A stretch of DNA of 33,342 nt from a virus (IMGVR_UViG_3300044676_005230:1-33342); one strand, 5' to 3'; positions 7,648-15,180 are shown, numbered from the stretch's first letter. A program made the numbers and translations. The notes: a model not told the origin generated them from the sequence alone.

Positions 7648-8316
7648 ATGGAAATGAGTTTAGAGTGTACCAAAGTCGTTGGCGCGTTTATCAGCGCGCA
7701 AAGCAGCCTAGAGAAAGCATCCAAGGATACCGAAAACCCGTTTTTTAAGTCCAAGTATGCAGACCTTAACTCTATCTGGTTAGCCTGTCAGACCGCGCTA
7801 TCTGAAAACAAACTCGCCGCAATTCAAGATGTGACCACCAATGACAATGGCGTGGCGGTGTCCACCCGCATTGTACATGAGTCTGGCGAATGGATTGAAT
7901 GCGGACCTTTGACGGTTCCGCTAGGCAAGCCGGACGCGCAGGGCGTTGGGTCTGCAATTACCTACGGGCGGCGTTACGGACTTTCGGCAACGCTCGGAAT
8001 TGTTGCAGACGAAGACGACGACGGGAACGCAGCTGTTAAGAACGCTCCAAAGCCCGCAAAGCCTACCGTCACGGTAGCCGAAGACAGCTTCAAGATTAAG
8101 ACCAGCGGTTACAAAGACAAAGAGGCAGCGGGCAGGGCGTGGACTAAGAGGTTTGCCGAGATGTGCGACCGCGCCGAAGACACCCCACAACTCTTTGCCG
8201 TGCAAGCCGACAACATGGACACCCTCGCCATATTCAAAGAGTCGGGGATGTACGACCCAATCCAAATGGCTATTGACCGCAATACAGCGCGGTTAGCCCC
8301 ACAAGCAGCGGAGTAG
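7648..8316 (+). CDS. erf: ERF-family ssDNA annealing protein
   Basis: NPFFKSKYADL, HESGEWI and QGVGSAITYGRRYGLS...DEDDDGN motifs. Confidence 0.92.
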   Translation: MEMSLECTKVVGAFISAQSSLEKASKDTENPFFKSKYADLNSIWLACQTALSENKLAAIQDVTTNDNGVAVSTRIVHESGEWIECGPLTVPLGKPDAQGVGSAITYGRRYGLSATLGIVADEDDDGNAAVKNAPKPAKPTVTVAEDSFKIKTSGYKDKEAAGRAWTKRFAEMCDRAEDTPQLFAVQADNMDTLAIFKESGMYDPIQMAIDRNTARLAPQAAE

Positions 8317-8318
8317 AT

Positions 8319-8579
8319 ATGACAGACCAATATGACAACAGAAACAAAGGCGTTTTATTCAAAAACGATAACCCTGGCGAAAAACGACCCGACTACAAAG
8401 GCACGATCAATATTGACGGCGTGGAGAAAGATTTAGCGGCGTGGGTGCGAGTGTCTAAAAAGGACAATAGCAAGTTTATGTCGGTGTCTGTTAGCGAGAA
8501 ATGGGTAAACCCTAAGTCAGCGACAGACGATTTACAGACTCAAGCACCAGATTTTCCAGACGACGGCATTCCGTTTTAA
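8319..8579 (+). CDS. ssb: Small single-stranded DNA-binding protein
   Basis: GVLFKN...PDYKG...AAW...FMSVSV with acidic DDGIPF tail. Follows ERF. Confidence 0.8.
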   Translation: MTDQYDNRNKGVLFKNDNPGEKRPDYKGTINIDGVEKDLAAWVRVSKKDNSKFMSVSVSEKWVNPKSATDDLQTQAPDFPDDGIPF

Positions 8580-8677
8580 TAAATAAATCTACTGGGCTTG
8601 GCAACGCGTGTTGCGTCCCCTTCCCCAACCCGGCTGTGTTGTAGTGCCAAGAATCAACCAGCATCGGAGCATCGACA

Positions 8678-9091
8678 ATGACTGAACTTTTTATGCGTCG
8701 AAATTTGAGCGGTCTAGAGCCAGCGGACGGTGCAGAAATGCCGCGCGTGAAAGTTGGCGACGTAGTAAAGGTAAGGATCTCGCAGCCCCGGAACACCAAG
8801 CACCACCGCAAATTTTTTGCACTAATGAATTTGGTTTTTGAGAACCAGGAATACTACGACACGCTCGACGATTTGATATTTGCGGTTAAAGCGGCAACGG
8901 GTCACTGCAAGGTTTATGAGAAGCCGGACGGAACAACCTTTTTTGCTCCGCGATCTATCGCCTTCCACAACATGGATCAAACCGCGTTCAACCTGTTTTA
9001 CGACCGAGTTTTAGAACTTGTATGTACGCGGATTATTCCGGGTCTCGACGACGGCGATTTAAGGGTCGAGATTGAAAGGATCGTAGCCTAA
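8678..9091 (+). CDS. DUF1367-family (NinB-related) protein
   Basis: PRNTKHHRKFFALM and PRSIAFHNMDQTAF..FY motifs. Confidence 0.8.
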   Translation: MTELFMRRNLSGLEPADGAEMPRVKVGDVVKVRISQPRNTKHHRKFFALMNLVFENQEYYDTLDDLIFAVKAATGHCKVYEKPDGTTFFAPRSIAFHNMDQTAFNLFYDRVLELVCTRIIPGLDDGDLRVEIERIVA

Positions 9092-9447
9092 TGTTTATTG
9101 GCGACCGCTCCACAGTGTCTCTTGCAAAGGCACCCCCACGCATACGGGATAAGAAGCACCTACAGTTTCTCCATGAGCTTCCCTGTATCTGCACAGGTGG
9201 GATGCAACCCATTGTGGCCCATCATCTACTCAGATGCTCGTCACGGTTAGGGATGAGTGGCAAGTCTTCTGACTCTCACGCCGTCCCATTGCTTCACAGA
9301 GTCCACGTTGAATTACACCGCAATGGTGATGAGAAAGCCTTTCTTGCCAACTACGGAATTGCAGACGCAGAGGCGCTGGCCCAAAAGATTTACGACAACA
9401 CGGGCGACTTTGAGGCGTGCATTCAAATCATAGGAGAAAAACAGTGA
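9091..9447 (+). CDS. DUF968/HNH-like zinc-binding nuclease
   Basis: HLQFLHELPCIC...AHHL...K.SD...VPL...H.ELH..G motif. Confidence 0.75.
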   Translation: MFIGDRSTVSLAKAPPRIRDKKHLQFLHELPCICTGGMQPIVAHHLLRCSSRLGMSGKSSDSHAVPLLHRVHVELHRNGDEKAFLANYGIADAEALAQKIYDNTGDFEACIQIIGEKQ

Positions 9448-9842
9448 GCAAACTAGCACACAGCAACGATGAAACAATGGCGCTGATTGATATGCAAAGA
9501 GCGGTTGAAGATGGTGAAGTGGAGTATCTAATGAGTAACCCCTACACCCCAGACACACTTGCAAAGCGGTGGAATTGTTCATCAGGCAAGGTACGGCGGC
9601 TCTGCCGCACGGGCGCACTGGATCATTTCAAGTTAGGACCAAAGCTGATCAGAATAACCGCAAAAGCGGTGCAGGATTATGAGAGGGGCGTATGCGACTC
9701 AGACTTATCAAAGGATGGTGGTACGTCGTCTTCAGAGACGGGCGCGGTAAACCAAAACGAGTTAGCCTCAGAACCCAAAACAAGGATGAGGCTGACAGGC
9801 AACTCGCAAATTTCCAGCGAGGGCCGAGTGGTGAGACTGTAA
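9444..9842 (+). CDS. xis: Excisionase (HTH_17/MerR-like)
   Basis: PYTPDTLAKRWNCS...VRRLCRTGAL..FKLGPKLIRI. AGGAG RBS before GTG 9444 (alternative ATG at 9531). Overlaps the int start. Confidence 0.75.
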   Translation: MSKLAHSNDETMALIDMQRAVEDGEVEYLMSNPYTPDTLAKRWNCSSGKVRRLCRTGALDHFKLGPKLIRITAKAVQDYERGVCDSDLSKDGGTSSSETGAVNQNELASEPKTRMRLTGNSQISSEGRVVRL

Positions 9843-10654
9843 AAGAGATATTCGCAGTGTATCAGGCTGACAAGGCCAACTCAGGCGCATCTGAACGCAT
9901 AGAGATGGCATGGAAAGCTCTTGCCCCACACTTTGGCCAATACCGCCCCGATCAAGTAGACCGCGCCCGGTGTCGCGCCTACACAGAGCGCAGAATTACA
10001 CAGGGCAAGCGACCCGGCACGATCCGCAAGGAGTTAGGCACCCTCCGCGCCGCGCTTCGCTACAACAACAAAAACACGCCGGCAATTATTGAGATGCCAG
10101 AGGACTCGAAACCCCGTGAGGTATGGCTAACCAAACCAGAGTTTAACAAGCTCCATGAGGCGGTGAAGTCCACCCACGTCAAACTGTTCCTGACGCTTGC
10201 GCGACACACGGCGGCCCGTAAAGAAGCTATCCTTAGTCTTGAGTGGGATCAGATCGACATAAACCCAGAGAACCCGCAAATCAATTTCGGTGCCAATGTC
10301 GGCAACAAGGGGCGGGCAATAGTCCCAATCAACGGAACGCTCATGATTGCCCTAGAGGAAGCCCGCAAAGGGCGCACAACAGACTATGTGATCGAATATG
10401 GTGGAGACCGCGTTAAGTCAATCCGCAAGGGTTTTGATACCGCCAAGGTCAAGGCTGGGCTACCGCACATCACCCCGCATGATGTCCGCCGGTCAGCCGC
10501 GCGTTGGATGGTTGAGCGAGGCGTTTCTATGGAGGAGGTCAGCCAATACCTGGGCCATTCGACAACAGAGGTCACCCGCAGAGTGTATGCACGCTTTAGC
10601 CCCGGCTACCTCGCGAAAGCCGCAGAAGCCCTAGAAGATGATGACGAAGACTGA
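9692..10654 (+). CDS. int: Tyrosine integrase
   Basis: Catalytic residues: AARKEA (R), K, HDVRR (H-x-x-R), YLGH, VYA (Y). N-terminal beta-sheet arm-binding-like segment. Confidence 0.95.
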   Translation: MRLRLIKGWWYVVFRDGRGKPKRVSLRTQNKDEADRQLANFQRGPSGETVKEIFAVYQADKANSGASERIEMAWKALAPHFGQYRPDQVDRARCRAYTERRITQGKRPGTIRKELGTLRAALRYNNKNTPAIIEMPEDSKPREVWLTKPEFNKLHEAVKSTHVKLFLTLARHTAARKEAILSLEWDQIDINPENPQINFGANVGNKGRAIVPINGTLMIALEEARKGRTTDYVIEYGGDRVKSIRKGFDTAKVKAGLPHITPHDVRRSAARWMVERGVSMEEVSQYLGHSTTEVTRRVYARFSPGYLAKAAEALEDDDED

Positions 10655-10655
10655 G

Positions 10656-10681
10656 AGGCAGTGCTCTTTAACCCAATCTGC
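10656..10681 (+). repeat. 26-bp direct repeat, copy 1 (attP arm)
   Basis: AGGCAGTGCTCTTTAACCCAATCTGC, identical at 10842-10867. Confidence 0.9.
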
Positions 10682-10692
10682 CCCAATAGCGT

Positions 10693-10707
10693 GAACGCAA
10701 ATGGAAC
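10693..10707. promoter_or_regulatory. Alphaproteobacterial LexA box (GAAC-N7-GAAC)
   Basis: GAAC GCAAATG GAAC(A), in intergenic attP DNA. Could instead be Xis repeats. Confidence 0.55.
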
Positions 10708-10768
10708 AAAGAAGCAAAAACAGCATAATTGATGGTGAAAAACTCGCAGCACCTAATAGGTCCGGTGT

Positions 10769-10814
10769 CTTCGGGAGGCAGGGGCCGGAAGTTCGAATCT
10801 TCTCACTCCGACCA
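10769..10814 (+). mobile_element. attP core = 3' half of tRNA-Pro(CGG)
   Basis: CTTCGGGAGGCAGGGGCCGGAAGTTCGAATCTTCTCACTCCGACCA: anticodon loop with CGG, T-arm GTTCGAATC, acceptor 3' strand + CCA. No 5' half. Adjacent to int. Confidence 0.9.
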
Positions 10815-10841
10815 GTAAAACCGCCATTTTTAAGGGGTTAC

Positions 10842-10867
10842 AGGCAGTGCTCTTTAACCCAATCTGC
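10842..10867 (+). repeat. 26-bp direct repeat, copy 2 (attP arm)
   Basis: Identical to 10656-10681. Confidence 0.9.
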
Positions 10868-10995
10868 TTTAATAACAATCCGACCTTCTGCCGCAGCGAT
10901 AACCTTCCAGCCCCTGATTGACCACACGAGTCCTGATGAGTCTAGACGCCTTACGTTCGGACTTTTCAGCCACCCGGTCTGTGTCACTGACAACA

Positions 10996-11059
10996 GTGCC
11001 AATAGGTGACAACAGGACTTTGGAATCCTCTGCCAAAGGCTCTTGGCACCTATTGGCAC
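10996..11059. repeat. Long imperfect hairpin/inverted repeat
   Basis: GTGCCAATAGGTG (10996-11008) pairs with CACCTATTGGCAC (11047-11059). Inner CTTTGG/CCAAAG stem. Confidence 0.75.
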
Positions 11060-11150
11060 AAATGACATTGGCATGATTGGACCCAAACTTATCCAAGAAC
11101 TTCGCACCCCCCCCCCCAGTAACGACCCCTGGTGGCAGTTAGAATCACCC

Positions 11151-11606
11151 TTAGAGCGCGACCAACCTCTGGCCCTCTACAGCAAGTCCAGATTTTAGGT
11201 ACGCCACAAGCTGCTCAAAAAACGAGCCAGACACTTCGGCAGGAACCTCTTGAGTAGTCCCGGCTTCTGGAAATCGACGCGCCAGCCGGGCATTAAGTTC
11301 TGGCAGAACATGACCGTCAAACCACTTCTTCGGCCCACCCCACTCCGAAATCATATCGTCGAACGTCATTGTTTTTGTGCTCCCATCTGGCATAGGTAGC
11401 TGGCTGATAACTCCACCCTCTGGCGGTCCCTTAAAAACAATGCGGCGGCGACCGTTTGCGTCGAAAGTGTAGAGCCATTGGTCTGAATTTTTCTCAAACT
11501 CAAACAACTCAACCTCTGTCGAAAACGGCGATTGATCCATTTGAAGCGCAAAATCTACCCCGCTAATAGAGAAAAACTTTGCATCACCTGATATTTTAGC
11601 GGCCAT
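11151..11606 (-). CDS. Hypothetical protein
   Basis: 151 aa from ATG 11606 (MAAKISG), just after the upstream stop. Confidence 0.7.
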   Translation of the reverse strand: MAAKISGDAKFFSISGVDFALQMDQSPFSTEVELFEFEKNSDQWLYTFDANGRRRIVFKGPPEGGVISQLPMPDGSTKTMTFDDMISEWGGPKKWFDGHVLPELNARLARRFPEAGTTQEVPAEVSGSFFEQLVAYLKSGLAVEGQRLVAL

Positions 11607-11610
11607 TTTA

Positions 11611-11937
11611 TCACCCGAACCTGTGCTTCTGCGACTTAGGGGGGCTTTTCTTAGAACCTTTTTTACCAGACCAAAATACTTTATCTGCCCAATAAGCAGC
11701 ACTGGTCTTGCCCTTGGCAATATTCTTTCCGTGCCTTGCTTTGAAAGACTTACGGGCCTCCGGGCTATAGTTATGCCCCATCCCCTGGGCTCCGAACCGT
11801 ATGACCTTTATGTCTCCATCGTCTCGTACAGCAACCACAGCCTTCTTAGTTTTATGACCAGGAGTTCTTTTAGGTTTGTTCAACCCCTTTAAGCCAAACC
11901 TGTTAAGTTTCTTCCTCTCGGTTTCTGATAAACTCAT
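11611..11937 (-). CDS. Highly basic phage protein (IRFG..G / RKSFKARH / SAAYW family)
   Basis: Lys/Arg-rich 108 aa. Motifs recalled from marine phage and large-virus hypothetical families. Confidence 0.75.
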   Translation of the reverse strand: MSLSETERKKLNRFGLKGLNKPKRTPGHKTKKAVVAVRDDGDIKVIRFGAQGMGHNYSPEARKSFKARHGKNIAKGKTSAAYWADKVFWSGKKGSKKSPPKSQKHRFG

Positions 11938-12179
11938 GCCTTTCTGTAGCTCCTCGTTTTCGCGGCAATCTTTTTAGGTTGCTTGCTAAATTGCTTGCCC
12001 TTCTTTGTGTCTGCTCGTTTCTTTCGAGTGGTCGCCGCATACTCTTTATCGGGCATGGCTTTTATGGCTTTTTCAGGTAAATACCTTTCTCCGGTCTTAC
12101 CAGAGGGTTTACCCGATTTGGTACGCCAATTTTGCTTAGTCCATTTACTTAGACTTTTTTGTGACTCTTTTTTTGTCAC
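11934..12179 (-). CDS. Highly basic protein, DUF5872-like C-terminal half
   Basis: SQKSLSKWTKQNWRT...GERYLPEKA...KGKQF motif. Confidence 0.75.
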   Translation of the reverse strand: MTKKESQKSLSKWTKQNWRTKSGKPSGKTGERYLPEKAIKAMPDKEYAATTRKKRADTKKGKQFSKQPKKIAAKTRSYRKA

Positions 12180-12354
12180 TTAGCCTCTCCTTTATTTTCG
12201 ACTGCACAGATTTAGGCAGTTCTTCCTTATGGAAGAGCCTCTTACTCTTATCTGTGTGCTTCGCCCCAGAGTGAAGTTGCCCATTAGCCATCTTGTGCAA
12301 ACCTCCTCTATGAAGAGTGCCATCCCTGAAGTAGTGCGGTACACCTTTAGCCAC
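12145..12354 (-). CDS. Basic His-rich small protein
   Basis: From GTG 12354: MAKGVPHYFRDGTLHRGGLHKMANGQLHSGAKHT... Confidence 0.7.
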   Translation of the reverse strand: MAKGVPHYFRDGTLHRGGLHKMANGQLHSGAKHTDKSKRLFHKEELPKSVQSKIKERLSDKKRVTKKSK

Positions 12355-12541
12355 GATACCCACCCCCTGCTTTCTTGTAACTAGACGCAAGCAGCTGTGC
12401 CTTCCTAGCAGACCATTGCCCTGCCTTACCGCCCTTGGTTCCCGCTTTAATTTTACTGAACAGTCTCTTACGCATCGCAGGTTTGGTGTAGTTACCCGCT
12501 TGGTTTACCTTGCTTTTAGTTTTCTTTTTAACAGCCATCAC
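12347..12541 (-). CDS. Highly basic protein, DUF5872-like N-terminal half
   Basis: NYTKPAMRKRLF...GGKAGQWSARKAQLLA..YKKAGGGY motif. Confidence 0.78.
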   Translation of the reverse strand: MMAVKKKTKSKVNQAGNYTKPAMRKRLFSKIKAGTKGGKAGQWSARKAQLLASSYKKAGGGYRG

Positions 12542-12633
12542 TTCCCGCCTTTCGAGGAGAAGCCAAAATACGCTCCCACCACCCCAGACATCGCAAGGTA
12601 CTGTGTCATAATAATAGACTCAGCCTCGGCCAT
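12538..12633 (-). pseudogene. Possible 5'-truncated membrane (holin-like) gene remnant, 31 aa
   Basis: MAEAESIIMTQYLAMSGVVGAYFGFSSKGGK. A single TM with a holin-like GAYFG + basic tail. Confidence 0.4.
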
Positions 12634-12635
12634 CC

Positions 12636-12782
12636 TTATTGCAACAGCCAAGTTGCGACACCTTGCACGATGCCGGCCACTAAAATTGCTGTAGCAAACC
12701 CAACGAACAATTGCTTCTGCCAAGGCAGATCAAAAAACTGTTCAACTAATGCGTCTACATATTGTGAGAATGTTTGTTTCAT
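12636..12782 (-). CDS. Small single-TM protein (48 aa, not in ORF track)
   Basis: MKQTFSQYVDALVEQFFDLPWQKQLFVGFATAILVAGIVQGVATWLLQ. ATGA overlap with the upstream holin stop. Confidence 0.65.
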   Translation of the reverse strand: MKQTFSQYVDALVEQFFDLPWQKQLFVGFATAILVAGIVQGVATWLLQ

Positions 12783-13183
12783 TTATTTTTTCCGTTCATT
12801 ACTTGCTGAAATTTGCTAACGCCGAAAGCGGCTGAAATAGCAACGCCCAAAGCGGCCTTGTACCAGTCCGGCATTGTTTCCAAGACAACAAAGCCTTGAG
12901 CGATATGCGGCGCTGTGTTTGGGTAAAAGACGAGAATTGCCGGGATAGATAAAACGATTGTCCAAAACTCATCTTTCCAAGAGCTTTTAGACCCCTCGGC
13001 CATAAGTTGGTCCCAATTAATATCTGCTGTTTGCTGTGTCGCTATAAGCCGTTGCTTTGCAAGGGCTATGGCTTTTTTTAATTCTCGCTTTTGTTGAAAA
13101 TGATCTTTGATGCTGCCAAATATTTCGCCGGCCAAACCGCCGCCCGTTACAAATGATTTGATTAATGATAACAATTTATTCAT
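12779..13183 (-). CDS. Holin-like membrane protein (3TM/GTA-holin-like)
   Basis: SWKDEFWTIVLSIPAILVF...GF..LETMPDWY...AISAAFG motif. Confidence 0.7.
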   Translation of the reverse strand: MNKLLSLIKSFVTGGGLAGEIFGSIKDHFQQKRELKKAIALAKQRLIATQQTADINWDQLMAEGSKSSWKDEFWTIVLSIPAILVFYPNTAPHIAQGFVVLETMPDWYKAALGVAISAAFGVSKFQQVMNGKNK

Positions 13184-13409
13184 CCATCCAATGCGCGATT
13201 GTTTCTTTCACGTATTCAGCGTGGTCTTCGCTAGTGTTTGGAAACGACCACCGCACAACCTCTGTGGTTTCATCCCACGCAACTATAAGAAACCCGGTTA
13301 GCTCTGGAACTTCGTAAGCAACTTCCGCCGCTTCGCATATCAAGTGATCTTGCGCGTCTGTCCTGTGTGATTCATGTATGGCTAGAATGGTCGCTTTGTT
13401 TTCTGGCAT
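13176..13409 (-). CDS. Hypothetical protein
   Basis: 77 aa in the operon. GAGGG RBS. Confidence 0.65.
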   Translation of the reverse strand: MPENKATILAIHESHRTDAQDHLICEAAEVAYEVPELTGFLIVAWDETTEVVRWSFPNTSEDHAEYVKETIAHWMDE

Positions 13410-13566
13410 TCACACCCTCGCAAAAAGCTGTGTGTTGGTAGGTATAAACAATTTTGTAGACGCGCCTTGCTTGATCTGCTGGCAACCCCTCAGACGTAAT
13501 CTTTGCCCGGTCATGCCATGCGCCTCTGTGAGCATCAGTGACTAACGGCTCGTCCCAGTCACCCAT
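13372..13566 (-). CDS. Hypothetical protein
   Basis: 64 aa. GAGGA RBS. Confidence 0.55.
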   Translation of the reverse strand: MGDWDEPLVTDAHRGAWHDRAKITSEGLPADQARRVYKIVYTYQHTAFCEGVNARKQSDHSSHT

Positions 13567-13586
13567 GAGGATCCTCTAGTTCTGAT

Positions 13587-14732
13587 TCAATCACTAAGCA
13601 TCCCAGGACTAACGATGTTTCGGCCCTGCTCTCCATATTCTTTGTGAAGCACAATGCTTTTCATATCTGGCAGTGCTCGATAGCCGCTCGTATGGTGCCA
13701 GGCATCTTGGGGCGCTAGTACGCGGAATGATTCAACAACAGCCCCGCCGTATTCAGCTTTGGTTTCATGGTGAATGTGGCCTGTGTACCAGTAACGATAA
13801 TCTGTCTCTCCCCATTCTGCGGGGGCGTCTGTAGCCAGCAAAAGCGGCAAGTCTTTTGCTTTAACTTTGTGGCCGTGGTGCGTTGCTATAAGAACTTTAC
13901 CAAAGCAAAAAAAGTGAAAGTGCTTCGGACTGGTATCTACCGTTACCCTGGGTTCGTTCTCGTAAAGCGCGTCTAGAGCTTCCATCAGCCATATGCTAGA
14001 CGCAGTGTCGTGGTTCCCTATCTCAATGATAAGACGTACTTGCCCGTGTTTCTTGAGCGCCTCGGAGATTAGAAACCTAATTGCTCGGATTGCTGCGCGC
14101 ACAACAACCGGAAAACGGGTATCACTGTCTAGTTGGTTCCGGCTCTGCGGAGTCACGCTTTCCATAGAGTCGTAGTGCAAGAAGTCACCAAGCAGTGGTA
14201 TTAGCGCGACAGACGCAGATGGCGACTTGTCTACTAAATACCGCATGGCGCGGTAGAGCAAATTCTCGGCAATTTCTATGTCGTAGTCTGCGCCGGTTTC
14301 TTCTTGCCACGCATACATGCCTAGATGATGGTCTCCAACCGGGTAGGCGACCATTAGACTCTCATTCCAATCTGGCGGCAGTTTAACGGCAGCGGCCCTG
14401 GGTATCTCGGCCTTCATACCCTCAAGCCACGCCTTGACCTTTTCTTGTCGGTCAGTTTCTTCGGGTTTCTCTTTGACCCACTGCTGCCTGATTCGTCCAT
14501 TCCCATCGAATTGGGTGGAGGTTCCGATAACTTGCCCGTTGTCAATCTGAGTAAAGCCTTGAGAGTCGTCTATTTGTGGCGTGAGGTCGCGGGCTATGGC
14601 CTCACTTAACCTATGCTTAAACGTATTGATTTGAAGGCCAATCTGTCGAGCGGCCTCCGCCTTGGTTCCATACTGTGCGTAATAATCGAGCGCCTCTTGA
14701 CACTGTTCGTCGTTAAGCGTCTTTTGACTCAT
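13587..14732 (-). CDS. Calcineurin-like metallophosphoesterase with N-terminal HTH
   Basis: GDHH, GDFLH, GNHD, HHGH and GHIH motifs. N-terminal TKAEAARQIGLQINTFKHRL HTH. Confidence 0.85.
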   Translation of the reverse strand: MSQKTLNDEQCQEALDYYAQYGTKAEAARQIGLQINTFKHRLSEAIARDLTPQIDDSQGFTQIDNGQVIGTSTQFDGNGRIRQQWVKEKPEETDRQEKVKAWLEGMKAEIPRAAAVKLPPDWNESLMVAYPVGDHHLGMYAWQEETGADYDIEIAENLLYRAMRYLVDKSPSASVALIPLLGDFLHYDSMESVTPQSRNQLDSDTRFPVVVRAAIRAIRFLISEALKKHGQVRLIIEIGNHDTASSIWLMEALDALYENEPRVTVDTSPKHFHFFCFGKVLIATHHGHKVKAKDLPLLLATDAPAEWGETDYRYWYTGHIHHETKAEYGGAVVESFRVLAPQDAWHHTSGYRALPDMKSIVLHKEYGEQGRNIVSPGMLSD

Positions 14733-15180
14733 GCAATAACCCTGGGCTAACGCCCTTGCTGTTAATGGTAAGAATCTGTCCCCTATTCTCCCCTTCAACT
14801 ATTGAGCAATGCACCCAGCCAGACTCTGACTTTCCTGGGGTGTAGAACTCTAAAATCAGTTGATCAAATGTAAGATTATCCCGGCACCATTCCGCCAACT
14901 TGTAGTTGGTAATGCCTGGAACCTCAAAGTCTACAGCTTGCGCCTTAACGTGCTGAGATGTGTCCTTGCTAAGTAGCTTGCGATTCAGGTCAAGACACCT
15001 GTACCAACTCGACGGGCTAAAGGGCTTGCCAAAGTGAGCGCGGACAGGCTCTAGGATTTTCGTTGCAACTGTTATTAGTCGTGGAACTAATTCAACGGGT
15101 GGCGTGTTGTCTATGTCGTTACGTTCTGCTGTCTGCGATTTGTAAGACTCTAAAAAAGTAAAATGCGGCGACAGCCTCAT
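14713..15180 (-). CDS. Endolysin, peptidase M15 family
   Basis: LSPHFT..E, LEPVRAHFG, SSWYRC..LN, SQH...AVD, FDQLILE, WVH. Confidence 0.9.
   Translation of the reverse strand: MRLSPHFTFLESYKSQTAERNDIDNTPPVELVPRLITVATKILEPVRAHFGKPFSPSSWYRCLDLNRKLLSKDTSQHVKAQAVDFEVPGITNYKLAEWCRDNLTFDQLILEFYTPGKSESGWVHCSIVEGENRGQILTINSKGVSPGLLHESKDA

Noticed and set aside
10741-10814. Complete tRNA-Pro gene
   Set aside because: The 5' acceptor strand and D-arm are missing, so it is an att core only.
10656-10867. Mini-CRISPR array from the 26-bp repeats
   Set aside because: Only two copies, 160 bp between them, and no cas genes.
10933-10950. CTGATGAG followed by GTC-TA-GAC resembles a hammerhead ribozyme core
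   Set aside because: The obligatory GAAA after stem II is absent (GCC follows) and no stems I/III are evident.
10701-11009. 102-aa ORF starting within the LexA box
   Set aside because: No RBS, it crosses the att core (so would be split on integration), and it translates tRNA and repeat sequence. Not called as a CDS.
11043-11080. Sigma54 promoter from TGGCAC motifs
   Set aside because: GG-to-GC spacing is 9 nt or the GC is absent; 10 nt is required.
12538-12723. 61-aa ORF as given in the track
   Set aside because: Its 5' half is an alternate frame of the better-supported 48-aa TM gene (12636-12782). Only 12538-12633 looks coding.
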